Positions 29,201 to 40,706 of a stretch of 64,000 bases of DNA are shown here, in pieces. This DNA is from Spirochaetota bacterium (GTDB taxonomy: Bacteria > Spirochaetota > UBA4802 > UBA5550), in assembly GCA_963663865.1 (NCBI GenBank), contig OY760686.1:1152001-1216000 (forward strand), written 5' to 3'. Below the pieces are notes generated by a model that was not told the DNA's origin, made no database searches, and was given only the letters and a program-made list of their open reading frames with translations. How positions within the stretch are numbered: the first letter of the stretch is position 1; each line of letters starts with the position of its first letter. The position numbers and the translations under genes were made by a program.

Positions 29201-32200
29201 TAACATCGCTTTCTTTCCCAAATGGGACAGGAGGAAATTCCAGCGTCATAACGAACACATATGACGAGGACTATCATACCTTTCCTGTTGAAGAAATATC
29301 ATCTAATGACAGCGGCACAGAGCTCAAAACAATTACTACCTATGATTATGCTACTGGAAATAAAACATCAGTTACGGATGCCAATGGCAATACTACTGTT
29401 TATGAATATGACGATTATGGAAGAATTGTTGCTGAGAAGGCCCCTGGCGATGACTGGACAAAACAGTATTTATACTCCAAAGAATACTTCCCGGCGCCTT
29501 ACAGCGTTGTTGAGAGCCGCTTTAAAGACGATTCGTCTCTCGGTTATTCGTGGAAGCGTGAATACTATGACGGGCTTAAGCGCGTTGTAAAGACCGAGTC
29601 GAAGGGGTACAATGGACATGCGCTTGTTCAGGAGTTTAGCTATAATCTGCTCGGAAGGCTTGAGTCAAAGACAAACCAGTACCTGAGCGGATGCGATACT
29701 CCTCAGAAAACGGAATATGAATATGACAGCGCCGGAAGGCCGCAGAAGGCGGAAGCTCCGGATTCAACGGTCAAGAGAACGGAGTACAGCTACGCGGGAA
29801 ACCTCAAGGTGCTCAGGGAGATAGATGCTGACGGCAATGCCAGTTTGAGCAAGTATGACGCGCAGGGGAGGCTCAGGTACCAGGTTGATCCGTCGGGCGG
29901 AACGATAACATATAACTACGATGCCCTCGGCAGGCTGATATCGACTGTTGACGCGGGCGGGAATGTAACCTCAATTGCCTACGATACTCTCGGAAGGAAG
30001 ACGTCGATTACTGATCCGAACACGGGGACTACCTCGTTTACCTACTATGACAGCGGCGACGTAAAAACCCAGACGAACGCGCGAGGTGTAACGCTTACCT
30101 ATACCTACGACTCGCTTAACAGGATAACATCTGAGAGCTCTTCAGACGGGACTGTCAGGGCCGAGTATGTCTATGACAGCGGGACTACGAACAACCTCAA
30201 GGGCAGGCTTTACGGTGTAGATGACAATTCGGGGAGCACGGTGTTTTCATACGACGCGAGGGGTAATGTCACTCACACCCTGCGTTCAATAGACTCAGAC
30301 GGAGACGGGGTAGAGGACCGCGAATTCGCGGCATCATTTGCTTACGATTCGCAGAAGAGGCTTGTTGAAACGGCCTATCCTGACGCGAATCATCTTGTTG
30401 TGAAGAGGGTATACGGTGAGGCCGGGAACCTCCACGCGGTGACAGACGAGTCGGGCAACGCCTTTGTGCAGTACAGAAGGTCTGGGTCGACAGCGACTGC
30501 CATGAACGGCCATTCCATAAGCAGGATGACCGGAAACGGTGTTGAGACAGTAGTTGATTTTAATCCCGCCAACATGAGGCCCGTCACTCTTGAGACAAAG
30601 AGAGGGAATGATGTTCTTGAGCAGATGAACTATACGTTCAGGCCAGGGGGCAATATTCTTTCAATAACCGACGGATGTACCTCTGACGGAGATGACAGTG
30701 AGAGCTTTGTATATGATAACCTGGGCAGGCTTGTACAGGCATCGTCTGCTTCAAGCATGTATGGAACAAGAATTTATACATATGGTGCTCAGGGAAATAT
30801 TGAAACGGTTCAGTATACAAGCAATACGGGCCTTGTTTATTCATATGGCAACAGCAGTCATCCTCATGCAGTAAGTTCAATAATGTCGGCTCCGTATAAT
30901 ATGCCATATGGCTCATACAGCTATGACTCAACCGGCAACATGACTTACAGAAACGGCAAGACGCTTGTCTACGACGCGAAGAACCGTCTCATAGAGGTGA
31001 GAAGCGGCGCTAATCTGGTTGAAAGCTACGTCTACGACTTTACCGGAGCGAGGATAATCAAGAAGCTCGCTGACGGTTCGGCGGTGTTCTCCATAAACGG
31101 GATGCATGATCTGAAGACAACGCCCGGTTTCCCCGATCAGTACGTGAACTACATAACGGGGGCCGAGGGCGATCTTGCCGCGCAGATTGAGGGAGTCAAC
31201 ACGGCAGCCGGCGCGAGCGTCTACCCTGTTGTGAAGAACATGTACAACTGGAAGAGCCCGGCGGGCCTGATGCTAACGATAAACGCGTACGCGAGCGCCT
31301 GGCTGAACAATCCGGCGAACTACAGAAGGCTGGGTTACGCGCTCTTCGGTCTGCTTTTGGCGGCGTGTTCATTTGTGCTGTTCTACAGTGTGAGAAGGTA
31401 TAAAGCAGCAAGGAGCGCTAACGCGTGTTCCATGCTGCCATGGTCCTGGCTGAGGCACAGCGTACCTGGAATACTGCTTTTCTTCGTGTTCACATCATTC
31501 GGGCTTACCGGCTGCTTCGACGGGTCAGTAGACAACACGACCTTGAGCAACGTCAAGTACATGCACCCGAACCATGTCGGTTCAGTTGCAATGGTAACCG
31601 ACCACGAAGGAACGGTGGTGGCGCGCTACAAGTACGAGCCTTACGGGAAGGTACTGGCGCAGTCAACAGGCACCGGAATTTCAGACTACAAGTACACATC
31701 ACAAAAGTCGGACGCTACAGGCCTGTACTACTACAACGCGAGGTACTACGACCCTGACATCGGCAGGTTCATAACAGCTGATACCGAGATACCTGATGTA
31801 AAGAACTCTCAGGCCTTTAACAGGTACATGTACGTTGTTGGAAATCCGGTGAATTATGCTGATCCCAGCGGACACTGGGGATTCGGCTGGCTGAAGGATT
31901 TAGCTGGTAGTGCGTGGAGTTATACACAAAGTGGTCTTAAAACAGCCTATAAGTATACTATCGGTTGGATGTATGATAATGTAATAAAACCTACGGGGCA
32001 CTGGTTTAAAGATGTCGGATCTGAAATTGGAAGTACTTTTCAAAACTGGCAAGACGTTGTAGGATGTGTTGCTACGGCATTTTTTATTGCTTTGTCGATA
32101 TATATTGTTTGTACGACACCAGTCGGGTTTATGTTAATTGTATGTACAGTGATAGGTGCCATCGTTGGGGGTACACATGGAAATTTATTCAGTGCATCTG

Positions 32201-32571
32201 CGTGGAAAAATTGGGACTGGGCAGGAGCAGGTATAGGAGCAGCCGAGGGTTTTGCTGTAGGGGTAGTTGGACAAATGATTCCCGATTATGGTAGCATTCC
32301 CTTTCTTACAAAATATACTGGAATTAGTGCACTTCAAGCTGCATTTTACATGATGGTTGGTAATGGTATATATAATTATGCCAAAACCAATCAAGTCTGG
32401 CTTGAGTGGGATACCAACACTGATAATTTGTCAAATAAGTCTTCGAATAAACTAAGTAATATTAAAATAGAAAATGGTATTGATGAAAATGTTGACTATA
32501 ACAGCCTCTCTGATCTAAAAAAATCTTTGAGCTTGGTTCATTTTATTAACGCTTTTTATTCCGAGAGGTGA
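26281..32571 (+). pseudogene. Large SpvB/FG-GAP/TcdB-mid/YD-RHS protein (TcB-TcC fusion-like, about 2090 aa), doubly frameshifted as assembled
   Basis: SpvB-like IEVPPG..PSLSLTYNS..GVGW, several DxNGDGxxD repeats, YD repeats and RHS core LYYYNARYYDP..GRF..NPVNYADPSG. ORFs 26345-28537 and 28540-32571 abut in different frames, and the 5' repeat shifts the start. Confidence 0.85.
26291..26333 (+). repeat. Simple sequence repeat (TTCAAGCCCT)x4 plus TTC in the signal-peptide coding region
   Basis: Four exact 10-bp units begin 10 nt after the start of ATG 26281. Confidence 0.97.
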
Positions 32572-33200
32572 GTTATATGATAAGAGAACCAGGTAGAATT
32601 TTATGGATATTTTTAGTTATTTTCTGCAGCTGTGGAGTGAGTCTTAATTCATCGGCAAAGAAGGATGAAGTTATTAATTATCAACGTGAAATGAATTTTC
32701 ATACTATTCGTGTTTATATAGATGCCAGAATTATATCAGAATCAGGTTATGAATTTCATGAAAAAAGCAAAATATGGAATCCAATTATTCCAATAATGAA
32801 AAAATCTCTTAAAAGATTGTATGGAGAAAATGTTGATATCGTAATAACTAATATTACTGAGAAAGAGGCAAAAGTTGAGAAAGATGAAATTGAAATTGAT
32901 ATAAAGATAAAACTAATAAAACCGTCTGGTTTTATTATGCCGTGTATATCGGGAATTACTTTAGGAATTATTCCATTTTCTCAAAAAAATCGTATTCAAA
33001 TGCAAACAGTTATTTCTAATAATATTAACAAAAAGACTAAAAAATATATTCTCGAGGATGAATATAAATTTTGGGTCAGCTCAATATTTATTATTGTATA
33101 TCCGTTTGTACAAACTGATTTAGATTTATTATATCAGGTGCTGGATGACCAAAATAAAACTGTTTTCAAGAACGCTACATATGACCAATTATTCAAATAA
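32568..33200 (+). CDS. Putative lipoprotein, candidate immunity protein 1
   Basis: Overlaps the RHS stop (GTGA), lipobox-like FCSC, AT-rich, internal ITLGIIP segment. Confidence 0.65.
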   Translation: MSYMIREPGRILWIFLVIFCSCGVSLNSSAKKDEVINYQREMNFHTIRVYIDARIISESGYEFHEKSKIWNPIIPIMKKSLKRLYGENVDIVITNITEKEAKVEKDEIEIDIKIKLIKPSGFIMPCISGITLGIIPFSQKNRIQMQTVISNNINKKTKKYILEDEYKFWVSSIFIIVYPFVQTDLDLLYQVLDDQNKTVFKNATYDQLFK

Positions 33201-33242
33201 TTGATTTATATTTAAGCATGCTGGCTGCGACACAGCCCTATT

Positions 33243-33680
33243 TTGGTTAGCGCTTTGTTAGCGTCAGGGATAGGTATTGCAGGAGCAATATTAGTTCTTT
33301 TAATAGCTTCTGTCGTAATTGGTGCTGCTGTTGGAGCTGTAACTGGAGCAATAACAGGTGCAATTTTAGCATATGTGTCTCATGAAGCCTTTGGAACGGA
33401 TACAGAGTGGGGCGATTATGCGAAAAGAGGAGCAATTTCTGGAGCTATTGCAGGCGGCTTTGGTGGTTTATCTGGCGGGGCTAATGGTGCTTTCTCTGCC
33501 TCATTAAAGAATTGAGTTAAAACCGCTGGTGAAACAATTTCTGAAACAGCTCCAAATTTAAAAATTGGTGGGGAAACTTTTAAAGGGATTGTTGTAGAAG
33601 TTAATTTCCCTCCTCCCTCATGGTATGCTACAGATCAATCAAAAATTCTTTTTTCATCAATATGGGGTTCTGAATGGTAA
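33243..33680 (+). pseudogene. Decayed orphan RHS C-terminal cassette (Gly-zipper) with internal TGA
   Basis: GxxxG-rich ORF. The frame stays open past TGA 33513-33515 to TAA 33678-33680, which overlaps the next ATG. Confidence 0.6.
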
Positions 33681-34204
33681 AAAAAATCAAGAACTGTATG
33701 AGTATTTTTTTTATAAGCTATTTATCTTGCAGTAATTTAAGTAAAAATGTAGATTGTAATAATATTGAACAATCGCTTGAAGATTATAGAATAGTGAATT
33801 GTATGGAATATAAAAAGATCTACAAAAAAAAGTTTCATCAAGTGGAACTAATAAAAAATGATGAATTATTGAATTATGAAATTATTGGTGAATTTGAAAT
33901 AGTCAAATTCATCGATCTAAACAACTATAGAGTATCAACATCGTATACTTTGATTACAGGTATACCCATTTCTCCCATGGAAATTATCAACTTTGGTGAA
34001 GATGTCAAAAGAATCGTAAGTGAATCTCATAAAAAAGCGATTGCAGAAGCAGAAAAGAAATATGTGAATGCAATTTCATATTACGGCACAAAAACTAATA
34101 ACAGCAAAGGATATAAAAAAAACACCATTCTTCTTGATATTCAACCTGATTGTCCCAATTATTTAGTTTCGAAGTATTACATGTTAAATAAGTCTCGAAA
34201 GTGA
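33674..34204 (+). CDS. Putative lipoprotein, candidate immunity protein 2
   Basis: Basic N-terminus, lipobox-like YLSC, AT-rich, coupled to the upstream cassette. Confidence 0.6.
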   Translation: MVKKIKNCMSIFFISYLSCSNLSKNVDCNNIEQSLEDYRIVNCMEYKKIYKKKFHQVELIKNDELLNYEIIGEFEIVKFIDLNNYRVSTSYTLITGIPISPMEIINFGEDVKRIVSESHKKAIAEAEKKYVNAISYYGTKTNNSKGYKKNTILLDIQPDCPNYLVSKYYMLNKSRK

Positions 34205-34262
34205 AGTTGAAACTGAAAATAGTAGTTAATTTCCGATTATAACAGATAACGAAGGTGATATA

Positions 34263-35192
34263 GCGCGCTACAAGTACGAGCCGTACGGGAAAGTACTGGT
34301 TCAGTCAACAGGCACCGGAATTTCAGACTACAAGTACACATCACAAAAGTCGGACGCTACAGGCCTCTACTACTACAACGCGAGGTACTATGACCCGGAA
34401 ATCGGCAGGTTCATAACGGCTGATACCGAGATACCTGATGTTAAGAACACTCAAGCTTTCAATAGGTACATGTACGTTGTCGGAAATCCGGTGAATTATG
34501 CTGATCCGAGTGGACACTGGGGATTCGGCTGGCTGAAAAATATAGCCAGTAGTGCGTGGAATGGGATTAAAACAGCAGGGAAAGTGATGTATGATTATGT
34601 AATAAAGCCTGTGTATGATGAAGTCTTAACACCTGTGGGGCATTTCTTCCGGGCTGGCTGGAATGGTGCAATGGACACGGTTTTTTCTGGGGACTGGTGG
34701 AAGGATATATGGAATAATAACAAGTGGTTGAGGACTACAGTATGCATTACTGTTATAATAGTTTTAATTATTATTGGAATTGCTTTGATACCTGGAGGTT
34801 CACCAGTGTGGTATTATCCTTTGGTATGTACATTGATTGGAACGATAGTTGGTGGTACCAAGGGTAATGTCGTAATGCATCCTTTTTCAAAAGATACCTG
34901 GTCAAATTGGAGCTGGGAAGGAGCGGCACTGGGTGCCATTATTGGGTTTGTTATTGGTTATGCTATCGCTTATTCTTCTGAATTAGTTGCAAAAGAAGCT
35001 GCAAAAAAATTATCTGAAAAGGTTGCTGCGGAGGAAGTATTTGCTAGTGGTTCCAAGATATGGGGAGAGGGTGCTATTAGCGGTAAGGGTGTTGTGGCGG
35101 GAAATACGCTTGGAAATTATGTCACTGAAGGATTTATTTTAGAATTATCTCTATCTTCTATTGCTATTGGTATAGGGATGCTTTTTAATTAG
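34263..35192 (+). pseudogene. Orphan RHS core fragment plus alternative C-terminal domain
   Basis: Near-identical to the main gene from 31621 through DPSGHWGFGWLK, then diverges. No clear start for the core. Confidence 0.85.
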
Positions 35193-35301
35193 TATTAAAA
35201 TTATATGTATAGGAATAAATAGAATTGTGTCACGAAATATTATGCTTTATTATAATAACTTATTGTAAGTGGTAAAGAAATTCAATTTGGATTAAACAAT
35301 A

Positions 35302-36306
35302 ATGAAAATAAAAAATGTAGCTTTCATATTAATGGTTGAAATTTGTTTTTCGTGCAATGGAGGTAAGCAATTAGAATTATATACGCAAAATAATATTAAA
35401 AACAGTAGAATTGGTTTTAGAAATTCATGCAACAATCTTTCTGACGAAGAAATAAAGCTGAGTGATTCAGTATTAAACCATATTTATTATGAAATACAAA
35501 GTGATAATGAAATACTTATTAGCGGATTTATTCCATTGAATACTGAGGTTGTCATTCCGGTGACGTCGGGGAAAAAGAAAATTGAATATTTAATCACTTC
35601 GCATATGGGCCGTTTAGAAAAAGAATATTTAATTTCAACAGTACCAAGAACCGGGTATCATATTTCAGAAAAGTATAGATACAAGAAAATTGATCTTGAG
35701 CTAAATGATGGTGAATCTATAGTTTTTAATGCAGTTATAAAAAAACCGGTAGAATACCCTTCGCTTGCTGCACTTAATTCCTGCATAGAAAAGTTTTTTC
35801 ATATACGTTCCAGGCCGGAATTGTTTTATGAAGCAAGTTTTGTTGAAGCTAACCAATTGCATAATTCAATAACGGATATAAAAGAAGCAACTATTAGGTT
35901 TAAATTATCAGATAGTGTTGTATTTAAAAATTATGCTAAGAATTCAAGTTGTAATCATGAATATACAATTGCAACTTTAGCAATAATGCTATCCCCGAGA
36001 CACCTGCATTTATTTGAAGTGCCATTAAATTCGGAAATAAATTTTCATGCTGACCCAGGTAAGTATAAAATTGGTTATATGGTGTATGGTTTGTTTTGCA
36101 GAAATAGAGAGGATGACTTAGTTGAGATGTCAATATATGAAAGAGCGAATAAAGCAAAGTTTATTGAGGTAGATGCTGTAAAAGGCAAAACAATAAATTT
36201 AACTCTTGTGAGGGTTGGTAATATGAAAAAGACTGGGTTGTTTAATAACAAACTATTTCAGGAAATAGAATTTAAGGTTGATTCGGACAAACAATACAAA
36301 GAATAA
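35302..36306 (+). CDS. Putative lipoprotein, candidate immunity protein 3
   Basis: MKIKN + hydrophobic stretch + CFSC lipobox, AT-rich, follows the orphan C-terminal domain. Confidence 0.65.
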   Translation: MKIKNVAFILMVEICFSCNGGKQLELYTQNNIKNSRIGFRNSCNNLSDEEIKLSDSVLNHIYYEIQSDNEILISGFIPLNTEVVIPVTSGKKKIEYLITSHMGRLEKEYLISTVPRTGYHISEKYRYKKIDLELNDGESIVFNAVIKKPVEYPSLAALNSCIEKFFHIRSRPELFYEASFVEANQLHNSITDIKEATIRFKLSDSVVFKNYAKNSSCNHEYTIATLAIMLSPRHLHLFEVPLNSEINFHADPGKYKIGYMVYGLFCRNREDDLVEMSIYERANKAKFIEVDAVKGKTINLTLVRVGNMKKTGLFNNKLFQEIEFKVDSDKQYKE

Positions 36307-36363
36307 TTTTTCGTCGACTACATGAAGAATGTCTTAAGATAAATTGCTATTCATGGCACAAAA

Positions 36364-36790
36364 GGCGACCTTGCCGCGCAGATTGAGGGAGTTAACACAG
36401 CAGCCGGCGCGAGCGTCTACCCTGTTGTGAAGAACATGTACAACTGGAAGAGCCCGGCGGGACTGATGCTAACGATAAACGCGTACGCGAGCGCCTGGCT
36501 GAACAATCCGGCGAACTACAGAAGGCTGGGTTACGCGCTCTTCGGTCTGCTTTTGGCGGCGTGTTCATTTGTGCTGTTCTACAGCGTGAGAAGGTATAAA
36601 GCAGCAAGGAGCAATAACGCGTGTTCCATGCTGCCATGGCCCTGGCTGCGACATAGCATACCTGGAATACTGCTTTTCTTCGTGTTCACATCATTCGGGC
36701 TCACCGGCTGCTTTGATGGGTCGGTAGACAACACGACAAGAAGCAATGTGAAGTACATGCACCCGAACCATGTCGGTTCAGTCGCAATGG
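36364..36790 (+). repeat. Partial duplicate of RHS gene segment 31168-31594 (TM hairpin/lipobox region)
   Basis: Colinear 427-bp copy with mostly synonymous differences, ending at GSVAM. Confidence 0.92.
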
Positions 36791-36799
36791 AGACTGCAT

Positions 36800-37200
36800 G
36801 GCTTTTTCACACTGGGAGTGTGAGACCTTTTTCTTCGTCACTTTCGTCCGGGTTTTTTGCCGCAGGCTTTAACTCGCTCAGCTGTGCAACTTGCTTTTCT
36901 CTTGTCTGAGACAGGGAGCCTGTGGACCATTTTCACGCTGAGTGCGTGGCACCTCGTTGCTTTGCAACGGTATCGACCGTTTACCGAAAATATATTTTGT
37001 GCGGTGCGCACGGGCATTTCTTTCGCCACTTTTTTGTTGCGCCACAAAAAAGTGGCGAAAAAAAGGCGTTCCTCAATCGCCGGAAGGGCTGGCTTTTGTA
37101 GTTAGCAAACTATTTCAGCGCCGTTATCATCATCCTGATGAAACGGCACCCGTGCGATTTACATCCGTGTAAATCGCACGAGTTGAGTTGTTGAATCACG
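36800..37200. repeat. Multi-hairpin mosaic repeat, copy C
   Basis: Same modules as copies A, B and D, with compensatory stem changes. Confidence 0.85.
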
Positions 37201-37373
37201 ATGCTTGCAGTCTCATAATTCTACAATTGTGTTTGCCTACGTTTATTTCGACCTCCTGGCGGCCGTAGGCACTGTGACATCGTGTCAGGCGCGCCGCCTC
37301 ATCGCAGTTGTAATCCCCACGAAAAATCATTGAAGTTATAAGTAGAGTTTCTAATAATAACAACGGGGTCACG

Positions 37374-38240
37374 GACTACAAGTACACCTCGCAAAAGGCC
37401 GACGCTACAGGCCTGTACTACTACAACGCGAGGTACTATGACCCTGAAATAGGCAGGTTCATAACGGCTGATACTGAGATACCTGATGTAAAGAACACTC
37501 AAGCCTTTAACAGGTACATGTACGTTGTTGGCAATCCGGTGAATTATGCTGATCCGAGTGGGCACTGGGGATTCGGCTGGCTGAAAAATATAGCCAGTAG
37601 TGCGTGGAATGGGATTAAAACAGCAGGGAAAGTGATGTATGATTATGTAATAAAGCCTGTGTATGATGGTGCAGTAGGTTTCTTAAGAGACATTAGAGAC
37701 CTTGGCTCAGGAGTAGGCGGTTTCTTTAAAGATATGGGTAGGGATATAGGCGATTTTTTTGCGGATCTATGGGATAAACAGTGGTTTCGGGTTACAGTAT
37801 ATTTTGCTATAATTGTCGCTGCTATTATTGTCGGCATTTACTTGGCTCCAATGCTTTATGCTGCTATTGGGATAACTGTCACACAAGGAACGATGTTAGG
37901 TTATATTGGAACTGGAATGGTTCTTGGGGCTTTAATCGGAGGGACGAAGGGGAAAATTGTAAAATTTGTGATTGAATTGGCAAAGGGGAAAGTGAGATCT
38001 CTTGATGATATTGGAGATTTTTTCAAAGAAAACTGGGATTGGGAAAATGCTCTTCTTGGAGCGGCAATCGGGTCTGTCTCTGGATTATTTGGCCCACTAT
38101 TTAAAAAATATGTATGGGATTTATCAGTAAATTTTGGCGATGCTCTGTTGGAAAGTGTAAAATATCGAGAAGGTGATGCGTTATTAGGTCAAGGAGGTGA
38201 AGTGTTTTTAGGGGTAGAAATGAGTATCCCATGCTTTTAA
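37374..38240 (+). pseudogene. Orphan RHS core fragment plus alternative C-terminal domain
   Basis: Homology to the main gene from 31684. Near-identical to the 34263 cassette up to PVYD, then diverges. Confidence 0.85.
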
Positions 38241-38398
38241 CAATATGGAGGTTGAAATGAATAAAAAGTATTGTTTGATTATGGTTTTTATGGTTTTTGT
38301 TAGTTGTAGTTCAACACATCTAAAAGGTATTACTGCTAATAGTAATGTTTATGATTGGGCAATTAGAGGAATAGAGGTAAGCGTCAAATCTCCCCCAG

Positions 38399-40003
38399 TC
38401 ATCTGATTTTAATCATTTCCTGAGAAACCGTATCAGGCAGGAGATTTCTGAGTTCTACCTTGTTTGTACATTTTGGCAATCTTTCAAAAATATACCGCAA
38501 ATAGTAGTAAGGTTCCAGCTTGTTGGCCTTTGCACTCTCTATCAGAGAATAAAAACAGGCACTGCTTCGAGCTCCCCGGGGAGTATTCGAGAACAGCCAA
38601 TTCTTACGCCCGACGACAAATGGACGTATGGCATTTTCAACCAGATTGTTGTCCGGTGTTAACAGGTGGTGATCAAGAAAATGAATGATATTTCCCCACA
38701 TAGAAAGTGTATATGACAGGGCTTTTCCGCTTAGACTTGAAGGGAGAACAATTATTTGTTGTTCTATAAGCCAGTTATGAAACTTCTCAAGTATGGGCTT
38801 CATTTGTTCTCTGCGTTTGACAATAAAATCATCGTTCTCAAGATTTCTACTTCGCAGAGTACTTTCTACACTGTAAATGTCGCGGATATATTTCAGAGCC
38901 GTGTGTGCACACTTTGATTTCCGGTTAGCCTTGTATGCCTTTTCAAAGCCCCTTCTTGCATGAACAAGACAACCGACATGGGTAATTGTTCCTTCATATG
39001 AGGAGTCATTAAAGTCATATCCCTTATATCCGTCAGTTTGAACAAACCCGGAATAATTCTGTAGTATTCTTTTCGGAACTTCTGATGAGCGAGTCGGATG
39101 ATACTGATACAGTAAAAGAGGATGCTCTTTATCTCCATATCCATACGCCACCCACATGTATGATTTTGATGAAGGTGATTTATTTTCCTCTCTCAAAACC
39201 TGCACTGTTGTTTCGTCCATACGAATAACCGGTCCTGAAAGAATAACCTCTTCCAGGACTTCCATGAGCCCCCTGCATTTTTCTGCCACAAGAAGTGACC
39301 AGTTGCATTGTGTTGCTCGGGAGATATCAACTCCGAATCTGGAGAAGATTTTAGCTTGTCTGTAAAAAGGTAGAGCATCGCAGAATTTTGATATAACAGA
39401 ATATGCGATAAGCCCCGGTGATGCAATACTCCCAGGGACAAGTCGTTCTGGTGCTTTTGCTGTCTTTATTTCCGTAATTTCTTGTTCCAGAAAATCATCG
39501 CAGGCGCATGGGCCATATTTTTTTCTGATGTGTTTATTAACAATTATCTGCTGCGGAATAATATCAAGTTCTTCTGTTATATCTTCTCCAATGCAAGGAC
39601 GCTCTTTCCCACAGCAAGGACATAATTTTTCTTCATTATCCAGATCGTGAATGATCTCTTTACGAGGAATTTCATCTGAAAGTTTCTTTCTGCCAGGTTT
39701 TTTCCGTGTATGAGAAGGGATCGTTATATCGTCATTTTCTGGTTCTTTCGGTGAATTTTCATCAGCACCATCTTCAGCTTCGTTAAACAAAAGCAGTTGA
39801 TCTATTTCTTCTTTTGTCAGTTTTTCACTTCTCTTTCCGAAAACCATTCGCCTGAAATCTGAAAGCTGAAGCCGTAAAGAATCAATTTCTGTTTCAAGAT
39901 TATTACGTTTCTCTTCGAGCTGTAAACATTTAGAATCTAATGCCAGCAACATCTCTTTTAGTAATGCTGGATTGTCTGGAAGGTTGTTCGGATCAATACT
40001 CAT
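38399..40003 (-). CDS. tnpC: IS66 DDE transposase
   Basis: FGKRSEK, CPCCG zinc finger, MDETT, QTDGY, CLVHARR and DNNLVENAIRP. Confidence 0.95.
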   Translation of the reverse strand: MSIDPNNLPDNPALLKEMLLALDSKCLQLEEKRNNLETEIDSLRLQLSDFRRMVFGKRSEKLTKEEIDQLLLFNEAEDGADENSPKEPENDDITIPSHTRKKPGRKKLSDEIPRKEIIHDLDNEEKLCPCCGKERPCIGEDITEELDIIPQQIIVNKHIRKKYGPCACDDFLEQEITEIKTAKAPERLVPGSIASPGLIAYSVISKFCDALPFYRQAKIFSRFGVDISRATQCNWSLLVAEKCRGLMEVLEEVILSGPVIRMDETTVQVLREENKSPSSKSYMWVAYGYGDKEHPLLLYQYHPTRSSEVPKRILQNYSGFVQTDGYKGYDFNDSSYEGTITHVGCLVHARRGFEKAYKANRKSKCAHTALKYIRDIYSVESTLRSRNLENDDFIVKRREQMKPILEKFHNWLIEQQIIVLPSSLSGKALSYTLSMWGNIIHFLDHHLLTPDNNLVENAIRPFVVGRKNWLFSNTPRGARSSACFYSLIESAKANKLEPYYYLRYIFERLPKCTNKVELRNLLPDTVSQEMIKIR

Positions 40004-40044
40004 GCAGACATTGTATGTGGACGTTAATATATTAATAGTACTTT

Positions 40045-40392
40045 TTATGAAGCATGGAAAAAATTAAGAGGTCTGTGTGCATTGAAAAAGTCAATGCCTG
40101 ACAACAGCATTGTTAGCTGCTGCTGACTTATCTCCTGTACTTCCTCCTCTGTTTGCGGCCACGGAAATCTATGTTTCTCCATCCGTTTTTGCCAGAGACA
40201 AAATCCGTTGCTATCCCAATACAACACTTTTAACAAACGATGATTCCTGCTGCAGAACATGTACAGGTGACCATTGAATGGATCCAGATGCATCTCTTCC
40301 TCTGCGATAATTACAAGTCCGTTTATCTGCTTGCGCATGTCTGTAATGCCGGGCTTGATAAATATACGAACACTGTTCCAGTCTATCTGCAT
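40045..40392 (-). CDS. tnpB: IS66 accessory protein TnpB
   Basis: TDMRKQINGL, LKVLYWDSNGFCLWQKR and FPWP. Confidence 0.93.
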   Translation of the reverse strand: MQIDWNSVRIFIKPGITDMRKQINGLVIIAEEEMHLDPFNGHLYMFCSRNHRLLKVLYWDSNGFCLWQKRMEKHRFPWPQTEEEVQEISQQQLTMLLSGIDFFNAHRPLNFFHAS

Positions 40393-40706
40393 GGGATAAC
40401 TCCGAAAGATTTGACAATACATATAAGCATCTCCGGTGATATGTCCGCTGGAAAAGAGATGTGAATTATATTGCTAAAATGGATTTCAATCCTGTTTGCT
40501 GATGCTGTTTTTTGCAGTACAGGTTTGAATTTTATTTCTGTCATGGCTGATGATTTTTGTTCACTTTCGAGTCGGCGCTTCCATTGATTAAATGACCAGT
40601 ATGATATACCTGAGTCGAGGCAGAATTTCCGTTGTGACGCTCCAGAGGCATAGAACTCTTTTAGTTGTTCCTGCCAGTATTGCTTGCGTTTTTCTCTTGA
40701 TTCCAT
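40383..40706 (-). CDS. tnpA: IS66 accessory protein TnpA
   Basis: W...SGASQRKFC...W helix-turn-helix pattern; first gene of the IS. Confidence 0.85.
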   Translation of the reverse strand: MESREKRKQYWQEQLKEFYASGASQRKFCLDSGISYWSFNQWKRRLESEQKSSAMTEIKFKPVLQKTASANRIEIHFSNIIHISFPADISPEMLICIVKSFGVIPCR

